Source: an uncultured Holophagales bacterium
Lineage (GTDB): Bacteria > Acidobacteriota > Thermoanaerobaculia > Multivoradales > UBA5704
NCBI GenBank assembly: GCA_963842525.1
Contig: CAWJGT010000019.1
Coordinates: forward strand, 32,001-96,000
Reading direction: 5' to 3'
Length of the DNA: 64,000 bases
Part shown: piece by piece, positions 52,104-61,867 of the stretch
How positions within the stretch are numbered: position 1 is the stretch's first letter
How the letters are laid out: each line of letters opens with the position of its first letter
Position numbers and translations under genes: made by a program
Notes under the pieces: generated by a model
Told to the model about the DNA's origin: nothing
Databases searched by the model: none
Seen by the model: the letters and a program-made list of their open reading frames with translations, nothing else

Positions 52104-52996
52104 AGACCTGGATCATCGTCAATCCCAACGCCGGGAGTGTCGACGAGCAGGCCGCGCTCGAAGAGACCCTGGGCCGGCTGCCGGAGACCGAGGTCCGCTG
52201 CACCGAGCGGGCGGGGCACGCCGAAGAGCTGGCTCGCGAGGCCGTCCGCGCAGGCGTGGAGCAGGTCGTGGCCGCCGGTGGGGACGGCACCCTCAACGAG
52301 GTGGTCAACGGCTTGTCCGAAGATTTCGGCCGCGCCCGCCTCGGCCTGCTGCCGCTGGGCACCGGCAACGACTTCGCGCGCTCGATCAAGGTGCCGGACG
52401 ATCTGCAAGGCGCGCTCGCCATCCTCCAGGAGGGCCGCACTCGACGGCTGGACGTGGCGCGCGCCACGTTGCGCAGCCGGAGCCGCTGCTTCATCAACAT
52501 GTCCGCCGGGGGCTTCAGCGGTGTAGTCAGCGAAAAGGCGGGCGAAGCAAAAGATCGCTGGGGACCGCTCGCCTATATGCGGGCCGCCGTCGACGCCCTG
52601 CCGGAGCTGCGCACTTTCAAGGTCTCGATCCGGCTGAGCGGCGCCGAGGAGCTGGACCTCGAGACCTACAACCTGGTGATCTCGAACGGCCGCTTCGTGG
52701 CCGGCGGCATCCCGGTGGCCCCGCAGGCCGAGCTCGACGACGGCCTCCTCGACATCATGATCGTGCCGGCGACGACCGGCCCCAACCTGGCGCTCCTGGT
52801 CCCCCAGGTCCTGCTCGGAATGCACCTGGGCAGCGACCTCCTGGTCTTCCGCAAGGCCACGCGGATCGAGATCGAGTCCGACCCACCCATGGCCTTCAAC
52901 CTCGACGGCGAGCTCCTCGACGAGCAGCCCACCGCCTTCGAAGTTCAGCCCCGGGCGTTGGAGGTGGTGGTAGGACCCGAGGAAAAGGCATCCTGA
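52100..52996 (+). CDS. Diacylglycerol/lipid kinase (YegS/Rv2252/BmrU family)
   Basis: IVNPNAG, AAGGDGTLNEVVNG, LPLGTGNDFAR, NLDGE. Confidence 0.92.
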   Translation: MKTWIIVNPNAGSVDEQAALEETLGRLPETEVRCTERAGHAEELAREAVRAGVEQVVAAGGDGTLNEVVNGLSEDFGRARLGLLPLGTGNDFARSIKVPDDLQGALAILQEGRTRRLDVARATLRSRSRCFINMSAGGFSGVVSEKAGEAKDRWGPLAYMRAAVDALPELRTFKVSIRLSGAEELDLETYNLVISNGRFVAGGIPVAPQAELDDGLLDIMIVPATTGPNLALLVPQVLLGMHLGSDLLVFRKATRIEIESDPPMAFNLDGELLDEQPTAFEVQPRALEVVVGPEEKAS

Positions 52997-53046
52997 ACGG
53001 CCTCCACGCCCAGGCGATGTAAGCTCTGCGTGGAAGGAGATCCCCC

Positions 53047-53580
53047 ATGGTCGAGGTCGAGCCCGTCTCCGCACCTTTGGCGTCCCCGGAGCGCCCCGCG
53101 GCCCTCCAGCGCCGCCGGCAGATGCTCAACCCCTGGCTGATGCGCGGGTTCTTTCTCGCCAAGCTGCCGCTGGCCCTCATCGCCGGCCTGCGGGTGCGCG
53201 CGCTCGACGCCGAGCGCTGCGTGGTCACCGTCCCCTACGGCTGGCGCACGACGAACCCGTTCCGCTCCACCTACTTTGCGGCCCTCAGTATGGCCGCCGA
53301 GCTGTCGACCGGAGCGCTCGCCGCAGTGGCCGCCGAGAGCGTTCCCCGCTCGGTCGCCCTGCTCATCACCGGCCTGACCGCGAGCTTCGAGAAGAAGGCA
53401 ACGGGCCTCACGACCTTTACCTGCGAGGGTGGGCGCAAGCTGGCCGTCGCGGTCGCCCGCACGGTCGAGACCGGCGAGCCCGCCGCGGTCGAGGTCGAGA
53501 CGGTCGGCACGTCGCCGGACGGCACGGTCGTCGCCCGCTTCACCTTCACCTGGTCGTTCAAGGCACGGAGCGGGAAGTAG
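53047..53580 (+). CDS. Hot-dog fold thioesterase-like protein (DUF4442-type)
   Basis: KLPLAL, NPFRSTYFAALSMAAELSTG, FEKKATG, FTWSFK. Confidence 0.75.
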   Translation: MVEVEPVSAPLASPERPAALQRRRQMLNPWLMRGFFLAKLPLALIAGLRVRALDAERCVVTVPYGWRTTNPFRSTYFAALSMAAELSTGALAAVAAESVPRSVALLITGLTASFEKKATGLTTFTCEGGRKLAVAVARTVETGEPAAVEVETVGTSPDGTVVARFTFTWSFKARSGK

Positions 53581-53659
53581 CGCGGCCTGGAAACCTCACC
53601 TGCCGGCCTCCGTATACCTTCCAGCAGATTCCCCTGCTCGAGAAGTGAAAGGAGATGGC

Positions 53660-53977
53660 ATGAGATCCATGAGGTTGATGTCGATCCTGGCGATGCTCGT
53701 CCTGGTTGTCCTGGCCGCCGCGCCAAGGGAATCCGAGGCCGCCTGCGCCTGCCTCTTCGGCGGCATCTCGCCGATCTATTGGGGGAGCGGCGCGAACTGC
53801 TCCCAGGCCACCTCGGCCGCTGCGAACCCTGGGTACGACGACGCAGACGCGGGCTGCGCGCCGGATTCGGTCTGCCTGGCGACCTTCATTGTGCACACTG
53901 CCTGTTACTTTGATGCGGCAGAGGGTGTCTACAAGGTCAGCGGCAAGGTCCGCTACCGCTGCGAAATCTGCGCCTGA
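53660..53977 (+). CDS. Small secreted Cys-rich protein
   Basis: AAAGGAG RBS; signal peptide ending SEA; 8 Cys in the mature part. Confidence 0.75.
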   Translation: MRSMRLMSILAMLVLVVLAAAPRESEAACACLFGGISPIYWGSGANCSQATSAAANPGYDDADAGCAPDSVCLATFIVHTACYFDAAEGVYKVSGKVRYRCEICA

Positions 53978-54000
53978 TCGAACCTCTGTCAGACAGAACC

Positions 54001-54822
54001 GTGCGCATCGCCCTCGCTCAGCTTTCGGCCAGCCTCGACCGCGCCGCCAACCTCGCCCGCGCCCTCGATGCAATGGGCGAGGCCCGGCGGGCCGGGGCCG
54101 GCCTGATCGTCTTCCCCGAGGTGATCCTCGATCAATTCTTCCCCCAGGTCCCGGACGACCGCGAGGCCCTGAAGCTCGCCGAGCCGATCCCGGGCCCGAC
54201 GACCGACCGGATCGCCGAACGGGCCCGCGAGCTCGGCCTGGTCACTGTTTTCAACCTCTACGAGCTCGATCCCGAAGGACGGCGGTTCGACAGCTCGCCC
54301 GTCTTCGATGCAGATGGTCGCCTCCTCGGCGTGACCCGCATGGTCCACATCACGGATTACGAGGGGTTCCACGAGCAGTGCTACTACCATCCGGGCGACC
54401 GCGGCGTGCCGGTCTATGACACCCGGGCCGGGAAAGTCGGCGTGGCGATCTGCTACGACCGGCACTACCCGGAGGTCATGCGGGCGCTCGGGGTGGCCGG
54501 CGCCGAGCTGGTGGTGATCCCCCAGGCAGGAACGGTCGGCGAGTGGCCGGAGGGTCTCTACGAAGCCGAAGTCCGCACCGCCGCCTTCCAGAACGGCTAT
54601 TTCGCCGCTCTCGCCAACCGCGTCGGCATCGAGGGCGGGCTCCATTTCTCGGGAGAGTCTTTCGCCGTCGACCCGGAAGGCCGGGTCCTCGCCCGCGGCA
54701 AGAGCCTGGAGGAGGACCTCGTCCTCGCCGACCTCGACCTCGCGGCCTGTGCGACCTCCACCGCCCGCCGCCTCTTCTGGCAGAACCGGCGTCCCGAGCT
54801 CTATCGCGGGTGGCTGGGGTAA
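54001..54822 (+). CDS. Carbon-nitrogen hydrolase (nitrilase superfamily)
   Basis: IVFPE, GVAICYDRHYPE, NRVG.E, FSGESFAVDP.G. Confidence 0.88.
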   Translation: MRIALAQLSASLDRAANLARALDAMGEARRAGAGLIVFPEVILDQFFPQVPDDREALKLAEPIPGPTTDRIAERARELGLVTVFNLYELDPEGRRFDSSPVFDADGRLLGVTRMVHITDYEGFHEQCYYHPGDRGVPVYDTRAGKVGVAICYDRHYPEVMRALGVAGAELVVIPQAGTVGEWPEGLYEAEVRTAAFQNGYFAALANRVGIEGGLHFSGESFAVDPEGRVLARGKSLEEDLVLADLDLAACATSTARRLFWQNRRPELYRGWLG

Positions 54823-54828
54823 GCGGGG

Positions 54829-54981
54829 ACCCTCACCCCCCTGGCCCCCCTCTCCCATCCGCACTCCCCGTCCCCCGGGAGAGGGGGGAACAGACAACGC
54901 CAAGAAAAAATTGAGCTATGGGCGGTCTTGCTCCCTCTCCCGATGGCTGGGAGTGCGGATGGGAGAGCCGGGGGTGAGGGC
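54829..54981. repeat. Inverted pair of CCCTCTCCC..GGGAGAG REP-like elements between convergent genes
   Basis: CCCTCACCCCCCTGGCCCCCCTCTCCCATCCGCACTCCC ... GGGAGTGCGGATGGGAGAGCCGGGGGTGAGGG. Confidence 0.8.
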
Positions 54982-54986
54982 CCGCC

Positions 54987-55682
54987 CTACCACGTAATCT
55001 GCCGCCGGTCGCGGAAGAACTGGCCGGTGGGGCCGCCGTCCGGCAGGGTGGCGAGCCAGACGGCTGTGTCCGCCCCTTCCTGGACCGGCCGCGGCGCCCT
55101 GGGGCCTCCCATGGTCGTCTGGACCCAGCCGGGGCACATGGTGTTGACGAGGATGTTGGTGCCCCGCAGCTCGTCGGCGAGGATGCGGGTCAGCCCGTTC
55201 AGGGCCAGCTTGGAAATCCGGTAGGCCGAGTAGCCGCCGGCCATCTCGGACATGGCGCCCATGCCGCTCGACACATTGACGATGCGGCCGTAGCCCCTCT
55301 TTCGCAGGAGCGGGACGACCGCCTGGCTGAGCCGCCACACCCCGATCAGGTTGGTCTCCAGGGTCGCATGGACGATGTCCATGGGCACGTCGAGGCCGCC
55401 ATGGCCGCGGTCGAGGAAGACCCCGGCGTTGTTCACCAGCACGTCGACGCCACCGAACCGGTCCTCCAGGAACGAGGCCAGCCGGCCGGCCCCCTCCGGG
55501 TCGTTGACGTCGAGCAGAAAGGGGACCGCTTCGTCGTCGATCCGGGCGCAGGCCTCCCGCGCCTTGGCTTCGTCGCGCGCGGCCAGGACCACCTTCAGGC
55601 CCCGCGCCGCGAGCTGGCGGCCGATCTCGAACCCGATCCCCCGATTTCCTCCCGTGACTACAGCGATCCGCTGGCTGGACAT
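54987..55682 (-). CDS. Short-chain dehydrogenase/carbonyl reductase
   Basis: TGGNRGIG, NNAG, NVSS, YRISK, PGWVQT. Confidence 0.92.
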   Translation of the reverse strand: MSSQRIAVVTGGNRGIGFEIGRQLAARGLKVVLAARDEAKAREACARIDDEAVPFLLDVNDPEGAGRLASFLEDRFGGVDVLVNNAGVFLDRGHGGLDVPMDIVHATLETNLIGVWRLSQAVVPLLRKRGYGRIVNVSSGMGAMSEMAGGYSAYRISKLALNGLTRILADELRGTNILVNTMCPGWVQTTMGGPRAPRPVQEGADTAVWLATLPDGGPTGQFFRDRRQITW

Positions 55683-55765
55683 GTCGGCTCCTCTGGTGAC
55701 CCGGCTGACTCTCCCCTATTCTAAAGGCAGCCGTGCAGTCCTCACCCCTCCCCAAGGAGATCGTG

Positions 55766-56689
55766 ATGAGAAGACGTCGGATCGCTGTCTGGACCGTCCT
55801 GGCGCTCTGCCTGCCCGCCCTGCCCGCCCGCGGCTGGGACGAGACGGGTCATAAGGTCATCGCCCGGATCGCCTGGGATTCCATGAAACCGGAGACCCGG
55901 GACAAGGCCGTCAAGCTGCTCAAGGCGGCTCCCGCAGACTCCGACCTGGCGAGCGAGAACGGGCAGCCGCTGGCGCTCAGCGACCGGGACCTCTTCCTCC
56001 GCGCCGCCATCTGGCCGGACATCGTGCGCGACCGGGCCTTCCCCCAACGCCAGGAGCAGTACCACCACAGCAAGTGGCACTACATCAACTATTTCTGGGA
56101 GCAGCCGCCGGGCTCGCCGCCGCGCAACCGGACCGACCTGCACCCCGAGACCGAGAACGCCGTCGAGCGGCTCGGACACTTCGAAGGCTCTCTGGCCGAC
56201 GAGAGCCGCCCCGACGCCGAGCGAGGGATCGACCTCGCCTGGGTGCTCCACCTCGTGGGCGACATCCACCAGCCGCTCCACTCCAGCGCCCGCGTCACCC
56301 CGGAGACCCCGCAGGGGGACCAGGGGGGCAACCTCTTCAAGCTGACGGCCGACGAGAGCCTCCACTGGTACTGGGACCAGCTCCTGAACCGGATCTACAT
56401 CCGGCGCCCTGGAGAGGACTACATCGAAAAGATCGCCCGCATCCTCGAAAGGCGCTACCCGGAAACCTCCCAGGAGCCCAGGCTTCACCCGAGCCAGTAC
56501 AAAGCCTGGGCCGAGGACGGTTACAAGACCAGCAAGGAGATGGTCTACGTGGGCGTCCAGCCCGGCCGCATGCCCTCCACGTCCTACCGCCACAAGGCTT
56601 GGCGGACCGTCAAGCCTCGGGTCGCCCTGGCCGGCTATCGGCTGGCCGACTTCCTGGACCGCGCACTGGCGACCGGGGGCGGCTCCTAG
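55766..56689 (+). CDS. Secreted S1/P1 nuclease
   Basis: Signal peptide then WDETGH, WPD, WHYIN, HLVGDIHQPLH, GDQGGN, LHWYWD, AGYRLA. Confidence 0.92.
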   Translation: MRRRRIAVWTVLALCLPALPARGWDETGHKVIARIAWDSMKPETRDKAVKLLKAAPADSDLASENGQPLALSDRDLFLRAAIWPDIVRDRAFPQRQEQYHHSKWHYINYFWEQPPGSPPRNRTDLHPETENAVERLGHFEGSLADESRPDAERGIDLAWVLHLVGDIHQPLHSSARVTPETPQGDQGGNLFKLTADESLHWYWDQLLNRIYIRRPGEDYIEKIARILERRYPETSQEPRLHPSQYKAWAEDGYKTSKEMVYVGVQPGRMPSTSYRHKAWRTVKPRVALAGYRLADFLDRALATGGGS

Positions 56690-56877
56690 CCCTGCTGCCC
56701 TGCAGCATGCAGGTCCGCCAACGCGACCCGCAGGTCCAACAGCAGGCGCCGCAGGTCGCTGGCCCGCTCCGCGGAGCAGCTCGTCCGCGCGGAGCGGCCG
56801 GCCCATTGTCCCGAGCGGAAAGGTCCCGAGGGCCAGGGGGTTGGGACAAAAAAGGGGGAGAGCCATCCGTAGCGCAC
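56686..56877 (-). CDS. Small hypothetical protein, putative target of the adjacent response regulator
   Basis: AAGGAGG 7 nt before GTG; downstream of the 45-bp motif and -10 box. Confidence 0.5.
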   Translation of the reverse strand: MRYGWLSPFFVPTPWPSGPFRSGQWAGRSARTSCSAERASDLRRLLLDLRVALADLHAAGQQG

Positions 56878-56912
56878 GAACGGCCCTCCTTGTGGAGGGA
56901 ATTACACAGCCG

Positions 56913-56985
56913 AAGCTATCCCGTGGGCGGGGATACGGGCAGGAGGAAAGTCCCTCAGTCGGGGTGGGGGAAAACCCTCAGGGCA
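56913..56985 (-). promoter_or_regulatory. Double-palindrome operator (TGRGG-N6-CCTCA-like x2) plus -10 box TAGCTT
   Basis: 56941-56985 matches 63910-63954 at 39/45 positions; -10 box at the same offset in both. Confidence 0.65.
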
Positions 56986-57631
56986 GGAGCCCCCGCCGGG
57001 CCGCGTAGCGCACCAGCTCGGCAGTGTTGTGCACGTCCAGCTTTTCCATGAGGCGGTAGCGGTGGTTGTCCGCGGTCTTGACGCTGATGCCGAGGACACG
57101 GGCGATCTCCTTGGTCGTCTTGCCGTCGACCACGAGGTGGAAGACCTCGCGCTCGCGCGGAGAGAGGGCGCCGTAGGGATCGTCCAGGGTGCGCTCCGGA
57201 TGGTGGTACTGCTCGGCGAGGGCGCGCGCCGCCTGCGGGCCGAAATAGCCCTGGCCGGCGTGGAGCGCGCGGACGGCGGCCAGCAGCTCGGCCACGGCGC
57301 TGTCCTTGATCAGATAGCCGGCGGCGCCGACCCGTACCAGGGGGAGCACGTACTCCTCTTCCTCGTGGACGGTGAGGACGAGGACGCGGGTCTGCGGTAA
57401 GGCCTCATGGATGCGCCGGACCACCTCCAGGCCCGACAGGCGGGGCATGGAGAGGTCGAGGATGGCCACCTCCGGATGCGTGGCCAGCGCCTTTTCGACG
57501 GCCTCGAGCCCGTCCGCGGCCTCGGCCACCACCTCGCACTCGCCGCTCTCGACGAGAAGGCTGACGATCCCCTGGCGCACGATGGTGTGATCATCCGCGA
57601 CCAGCACGCGCACGCGTCCCGCCTGTCCCAT
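56978..57631 (-). CDS. NarL/LuxR-family response regulator
   Basis: VLVADDH, ILDLSMP, GYLIKDS, LSPREREV..KTTKEIA..ISVKT. Confidence 0.93.
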   Translation of the reverse strand: MGQAGRVRVLVADDHTIVRQGIVSLLVESGECEVVAEAADGLEAVEKALATHPEVAILDLSMPRLSGLEVVRRIHEALPQTRVLVLTVHEEEEYVLPLVRVGAAGYLIKDSAVAELLAAVRALHAGQGYFGPQAARALAEQYHHPERTLDDPYGALSPREREVFHLVVDGKTTKEIARVLGISVKTADNHRYRLMEKLDVHNTAELVRYAARRGLLP

Positions 57632-58380
57632 CAGGGCACCTCCAGAAGGGGAATCGCGGCCGAGACGAGCGTCCCCTGGCCCGCGGCCGAGACGATCTCG
57701 ATCCGGCCGCCGAAGAGCTCGAGCCGGTCGCGCATGCCGCGCAGGCCCGAGCCGGTCGACGCCTCGCCCCCCGCCAGAGCGGCCTGGGAATTGAACCCCC
57801 GCCCGGCATCGGAGATCCGCAGCACGAGGAGCCCCGCGGAGCGCGAGACGGCCACCCGGGCAAGGTCGACGCCGGCATGGCGCAGCACGTTCGTCAGCGC
57901 CTCCTGGGCGATGCGGAAGACCAGCGTCTCGAGCTCCGGGTCGAAGCGCTCCTCGATGCCCGTGAGGCTCAGCTCGACGCGCAGGCCGGCGCGCTGCTCC
58001 AAGGTGCGGGCGAGCCAGGAGAGCGCGGCCCTCAAACCCAGGTCGTCGAGGACGGGTGGGCGGAGCAGGCGGGAGAGCTCGCGGGTCTCGTTGAGGGCCA
58101 GGCGCGCCATCTCGACCGAGTCGGCGAGGCGGGCGGAGAGGTCGCCCGCGTCGCGCTCGCCGAGCTTCTGCTGCACCCGTTCGAGCTGGTTGGTCAGCGC
58201 CGTCAAGGTCTGGCCGAGCCCGTCGTGCAGCTCGCGGGCGAGCCGGCGCCGCTCGTCCTCCTGGACCTTCCACACCGCCTTGGCGAGGCCGCGGTAGCGG
58301 CGCTCGCCCTCGATCAGCCGCTGGAAGAGCCTTTCGTTCTCCTGCGTGATCTGGCGCACGCGGTCGACGATGTCGTGCAT
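57631..58380 (-). CDS. Cytoplasmic HisKA_3 histidine kinase lacking a sensor domain
   Basis: Short coiled coil, QEDERRRLARELHDGLGQ, LRPPVLDDLGL, QEALTNVLRHA, SDAGRGF, GLRGMRDR. Confidence 0.9.
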   Translation of the reverse strand: MHDIVDRVRQITQENERLFQRLIEGERRYRGLAKAVWKVQEDERRRLARELHDGLGQTLTALTNQLERVQQKLGERDAGDLSARLADSVEMARLALNETRELSRLLRPPVLDDLGLRAALSWLARTLEQRAGLRVELSLTGIEERFDPELETLVFRIAQEALTNVLRHAGVDLARVAVSRSAGLLVLRISDAGRGFNSQAALAGGEASTGSGLRGMRDRLELFGGRIEIVSAAGQGTLVSAAIPLLEVP

Positions 58381-58393
58381 CGGGTCCTGGGAG

Positions 58394-61300
58394 CTAGCCG
58401 GTGCCGCGCCGTCCGGATCGTCCGGTTTCTGCTGCGCCCGGCCGGCCGCTTTCGTTCCGGTCCACAAGGTCTCGTACCTCCGCGATGCGTTGGAAGGACT
58501 TCTGTTGCTCGGGCGCAAGCTCCCGGCTCACCCGGGCGATCTCAGCGGCAGCCCGGCCGCGCTCAGCCGCCGCCTCGGACTGCCGCCCTGAGCTCTCGAA
58601 GGCACGTGCCAACAGCAGGTGCAGGCGGTAGGCCCCGAAGTATCCGCCACAGGAGGCCGCCTCGTCGAGACCCTCCCGCGCCGCTCTCCGCGCCTGCTCG
58701 ATGTCTCCCGCGGCGAGCGCCGCCTGCGCCAAGGCCTCCGCGGCGCGCAGCCGCAAGCGGGCATGGCCCAGCCCTTCGGCCTGGGCGTGGAGGCGATCGA
58801 TCTCCGCGCGGGCCGTGCGCGTCTGGCCGCCGGCAAGCTCCGCCTGGGCGGCGGAGAGCTGGGCGTCCAGGAACGCGACCACGCTGCCGCTCTTCTCGGC
58901 GTGGGCCACGGCGCGATGCAGCGCCGCCCGCGCCGCGGCGGGCTCCCCCTTCTGCCGGTGCCACTCGCCCTGGAGCCTCGCCAGCTCCGCCTGCTGCTCG
59001 AGGTTCTTGCCTTCCGCGAGCAGAGCCGCGGCCGCGCTCAGATGCTCGCCGGCGGCCTTCTCGATCCCCAGCTCGATCTCCACCTCGGCCTGGGCGAGAG
59101 TGAACTCGGCAAGCCCACGGCGGTCGTCCAGCTCGCGCAGCACGGCCAGGGCCTCGGCGAACGAGGCGAGCGCTGCGGCGGGGCGCCCCTGGTACTGCGC
59201 CAGCCTTCCAAGATGGCCGAGCGAGGAGCCGATCGCCTCCTTCAAGTCCAGCTCGCGGCTCGTCTCCAGCGCGGCGAGGAAGGACTTGCCGGCCGCGCCC
59301 CAGTCGCCGCGCGCCAGCTCGAGCAGGCCCAGGTTCTGCGTCGCCAGTGCCGCGCCGCCCGTGTCGCCGCTCTTTGCGGCGAGGTCGAGCCCCTGGCGCC
59401 AGTAGACCAGGGCGTCGTCGTAGCGCCCGAGCTGGTAGCAGGCGTAGCCGACGTTGCTGGAGCTCTGGGCGAGGAGGAGGTGGTTGCCGAGGTCACGGCG
59501 GATGCGCAGGGCCCGCTGATAGTGGCCAAGGGCCTCCTCATAGGCGCCGCGGTCCTCGGCCAGGTAGCCGAAGTCGTTGTAGAGATCGGCGATGCCGGGA
59601 GCGTCGCCCAGGCGCTGGAGCAGCGCCAGCGCCTCCTCGAGCTGCCGCTGGGCCTTGTCATACTCGCCGCGGACGAGATGAATGCTCGCCAGATTGCGCA
59701 CCGTCGTGGCATAGCCGCGGTCGTCGCCGATGCGCCGGTGGATGGCCGCCGCCTGCGCATAGCTCTCCCACGCCCGGTCCAGCTCGCCGAGCTCGCGGTA
59801 CGCCACGCCGAAGGCGTTGTGCGCTTCGGCCCGCCCTGCGTCGTTGCCGAGCTGGTTCTGCACGACGAGGGCGTGCACCAGGTAGTCGTCGATGGCCCGG
59901 CGTGCGCTGCCGGCTTGGATCGAGTATTTCGCCAGGAGGAACCAGGCGCGCGGGTGGTGGGGCGCCAGCCGCACCACCTCCTCGAGGGCCGGGATGGCGC
60001 GATCGAGGCTCCCCTGCTCACCATAGGCCTCCGCCAGCTCCACCCGGGCCTCGACGTCCTCGGGATAGCGCTCGACGAGGCGGGCGAGGATCTCCTCCGC
60101 CTTCCCGGGGTGCCCGAAGAGCCGCGCCTCGACCGCCCGCGCCTCATAGGCGCTCCGGCTCTCCCCCTTCCCCAGGGTCTCCACCGCCCGTCGCGCCGCC
60201 TCCCGGGCTGTATCGCGCCGGCCGAGCGCGTCGCGGGCGCGGGCGAGCCCCACCCAGGCGGCGCTGTACTCCGGATCGCTCGCCACGGCCCGCTCCAGGG
60301 CCGCGACCGCCGCCAGATTGTCGCCGCGCCGCAGGCTCGCCGAGCCCGTCGCATAGGCGGACAGCGCCTCTGGCGACCGGCTGAGGGCCAGCTCCGGGCC
60401 GGCCGCCGACACCGCGAGCCATGTGCGCAGGCCCGTCCCGAGCCTGTCGACGAGACGGAAGGCCTCCCGCTCCTCGATCTCGACGGAGAGCGGCCGCGCC
60501 GGCATGCCCGGCCGGTCCACCTCGATCAGGGAGAGGTCGATGCGCAGCCGCCCCCCGGCGGCATGCACCCGGCCGGTGACGAGCCGGTCGGCATCGAGGA
60601 GCTCGGCCAGGCGTCGCGCCTCCGCGTTGGACCGGGGACCCGGCGGCAGCTTCAGGCTCTCCAGCGTGCGGAACACCTGCTGGCCGTCCAGCACCCGTAG
60701 CCCGCGTTGCTCGGCCAGGGAGGCGGCGAGCATCTCCGGAATGCCCGAGGCGACCCAGGCGAGGTCCTCCCGGCCGCTCTCGTTCGCGAGGGGGAGCAGC
60801 GCCACGGAGTGGGCCGGAGCGGCGGCCGCCGGCTTTTCGGTGGAAGCCTGGTGCGCGAGTTGGACGCGCTCGCGGACAGCCCAGCCACCCAGGAGGACGA
60901 CGACCACCAGGAGGAGGCCGCCGGCGGCCAGCGCGGCACGCCGGCCCACGGGGAACCGGAGAGATCGGACGCCGTGCAGGTTCTCGAGGTCCTCCAGCAC
61001 CTCCCGCGCGCTCTGGTAACGCCGCGTCGGGTCGGGCTGGAGCAGCCACCGAACGACCGTGTCCAGCGGCCGCGACACCTCGACCCCGGCGGTGTGCAGG
61101 TTCTGTGTGGAGCCGGTCAGCCGTTGCGCGAGCGTCTCCGCCTCGGAACCGCCGGCGAAAGGCAGCCGGCCGGACAGCATTTCGTAGAGGAGGATTCCCA
61201 GCGCGTAGAGGTCGGACCGCCCATCCACCATGGTGCCGCGGACCTGCTCCGGCGAAAGGTAGTCGAGCGTGCCCACGACGACGCCGGGCAGGGTCAGGCC

Positions 61301-61867
61301 GGGCCCTCCCAGCGAACGGGCGACGCCGAAGTCGGTGATCGCGGCCCGGCCCGACTCGTCGAGGAGGACATTGCCCGGCTTGAGGTCGCGGTGCACCACG
61401 CCCGCCTCGTGGGCCGCCGCGAGCCCGGCGGCGATCTGGCGGGCGATGCCGGCCGCCCGCTCCGGGTCCAGGCGCCCCTCCTCGGCGAGCAGATCGCCCA
61501 ACGATCGCCCGGGGACGAAATCCATGGTGAGGAAGACGATCTCGCCGTCCCTTCCCAGGTCGTGGGTGCGGACGACGTTGGGATGGCTCACCTGGCGGGC
61601 GAGCACGATCTCCTGCTTGAAGCGCTCCAACTGGCCCGCGTCGCACCCCAGGTCGGGGCGCAGGACCTTGATCGCGACGGGCAGGCCGAGTTGCTCATCC
61701 AGCGCCCGGTAGACCATGCCCATGCCGCCGACGCCCACCAGCTCGAGGATGCGGTAGCGTCCTGCCACCAGCGCCCCGATCGCGAGCCGCCGGACGGCGT
61801 CGCCGGCGGTCCGGGTCGGCCGCGAGCGCGACGGATATCGGGTCTCGCCGTCGGCGGTCGGATTCAT
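58394..61867 (-). CDS. Membrane Hanks-type Ser/Thr kinase with extracytoplasmic TolB-N-like and TPR domains
   Basis: GVGGMGMVY, AIKVL, HRDLKPGN, TDFG, GTLDYLSPEQ, TM helix, many TPRs. Confidence 0.92.
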   Translation of the reverse strand: MNPTADGETRYPSRSRPTRTAGDAVRRLAIGALVAGRYRILELVGVGGMGMVYRALDEQLGLPVAIKVLRPDLGCDAGQLERFKQEIVLARQVSHPNVVRTHDLGRDGEIVFLTMDFVPGRSLGDLLAEEGRLDPERAAGIARQIAAGLAAAHEAGVVHRDLKPGNVLLDESGRAAITDFGVARSLGGPGLTLPGVVVGTLDYLSPEQVRGTMVDGRSDLYALGILLYEMLSGRLPFAGGSEAETLAQRLTGSTQNLHTAGVEVSRPLDTVVRWLLQPDPTRRYQSAREVLEDLENLHGVRSLRFPVGRRAALAAGGLLLVVVVLLGGWAVRERVQLAHQASTEKPAAAAPAHSVALLPLANESGREDLAWVASGIPEMLAASLAEQRGLRVLDGQQVFRTLESLKLPPGPRSNAEARRLAELLDADRLVTGRVHAAGGRLRIDLSLIEVDRPGMPARPLSVEIEEREAFRLVDRLGTGLRTWLAVSAAGPELALSRSPEALSAYATGSASLRRGDNLAAVAALERAVASDPEYSAAWVGLARARDALGRRDTAREAARRAVETLGKGESRSAYEARAVEARLFGHPGKAEEILARLVERYPEDVEARVELAEAYGEQGSLDRAIPALEEVVRLAPHHPRAWFLLAKYSIQAGSARRAIDDYLVHALVVQNQLGNDAGRAEAHNAFGVAYRELGELDRAWESYAQAAAIHRRIGDDRGYATTVRNLASIHLVRGEYDKAQRQLEEALALLQRLGDAPGIADLYNDFGYLAEDRGAYEEALGHYQRALRIRRDLGNHLLLAQSSSNVGYACYQLGRYDDALVYWRQGLDLAAKSGDTGGAALATQNLGLLELARGDWGAAGKSFLAALETSRELDLKEAIGSSLGHLGRLAQYQGRPAAALASFAEALAVLRELDDRRGLAEFTLAQAEVEIELGIEKAAGEHLSAAAALLAEGKNLEQQAELARLQGEWHRQKGEPAAARAALHRAVAHAEKSGSVVAFLDAQLSAAQAELAGGQTRTARAEIDRLHAQAEGLGHARLRLRAAEALAQAALAAGDIEQARRAAREGLDEAASCGGYFGAYRLHLLLARAFESSGRQSEAAAERGRAAAEIARVSRELAPEQQKSFQRIAEVRDLVDRNESGRPGAAETGRSGRRGTG

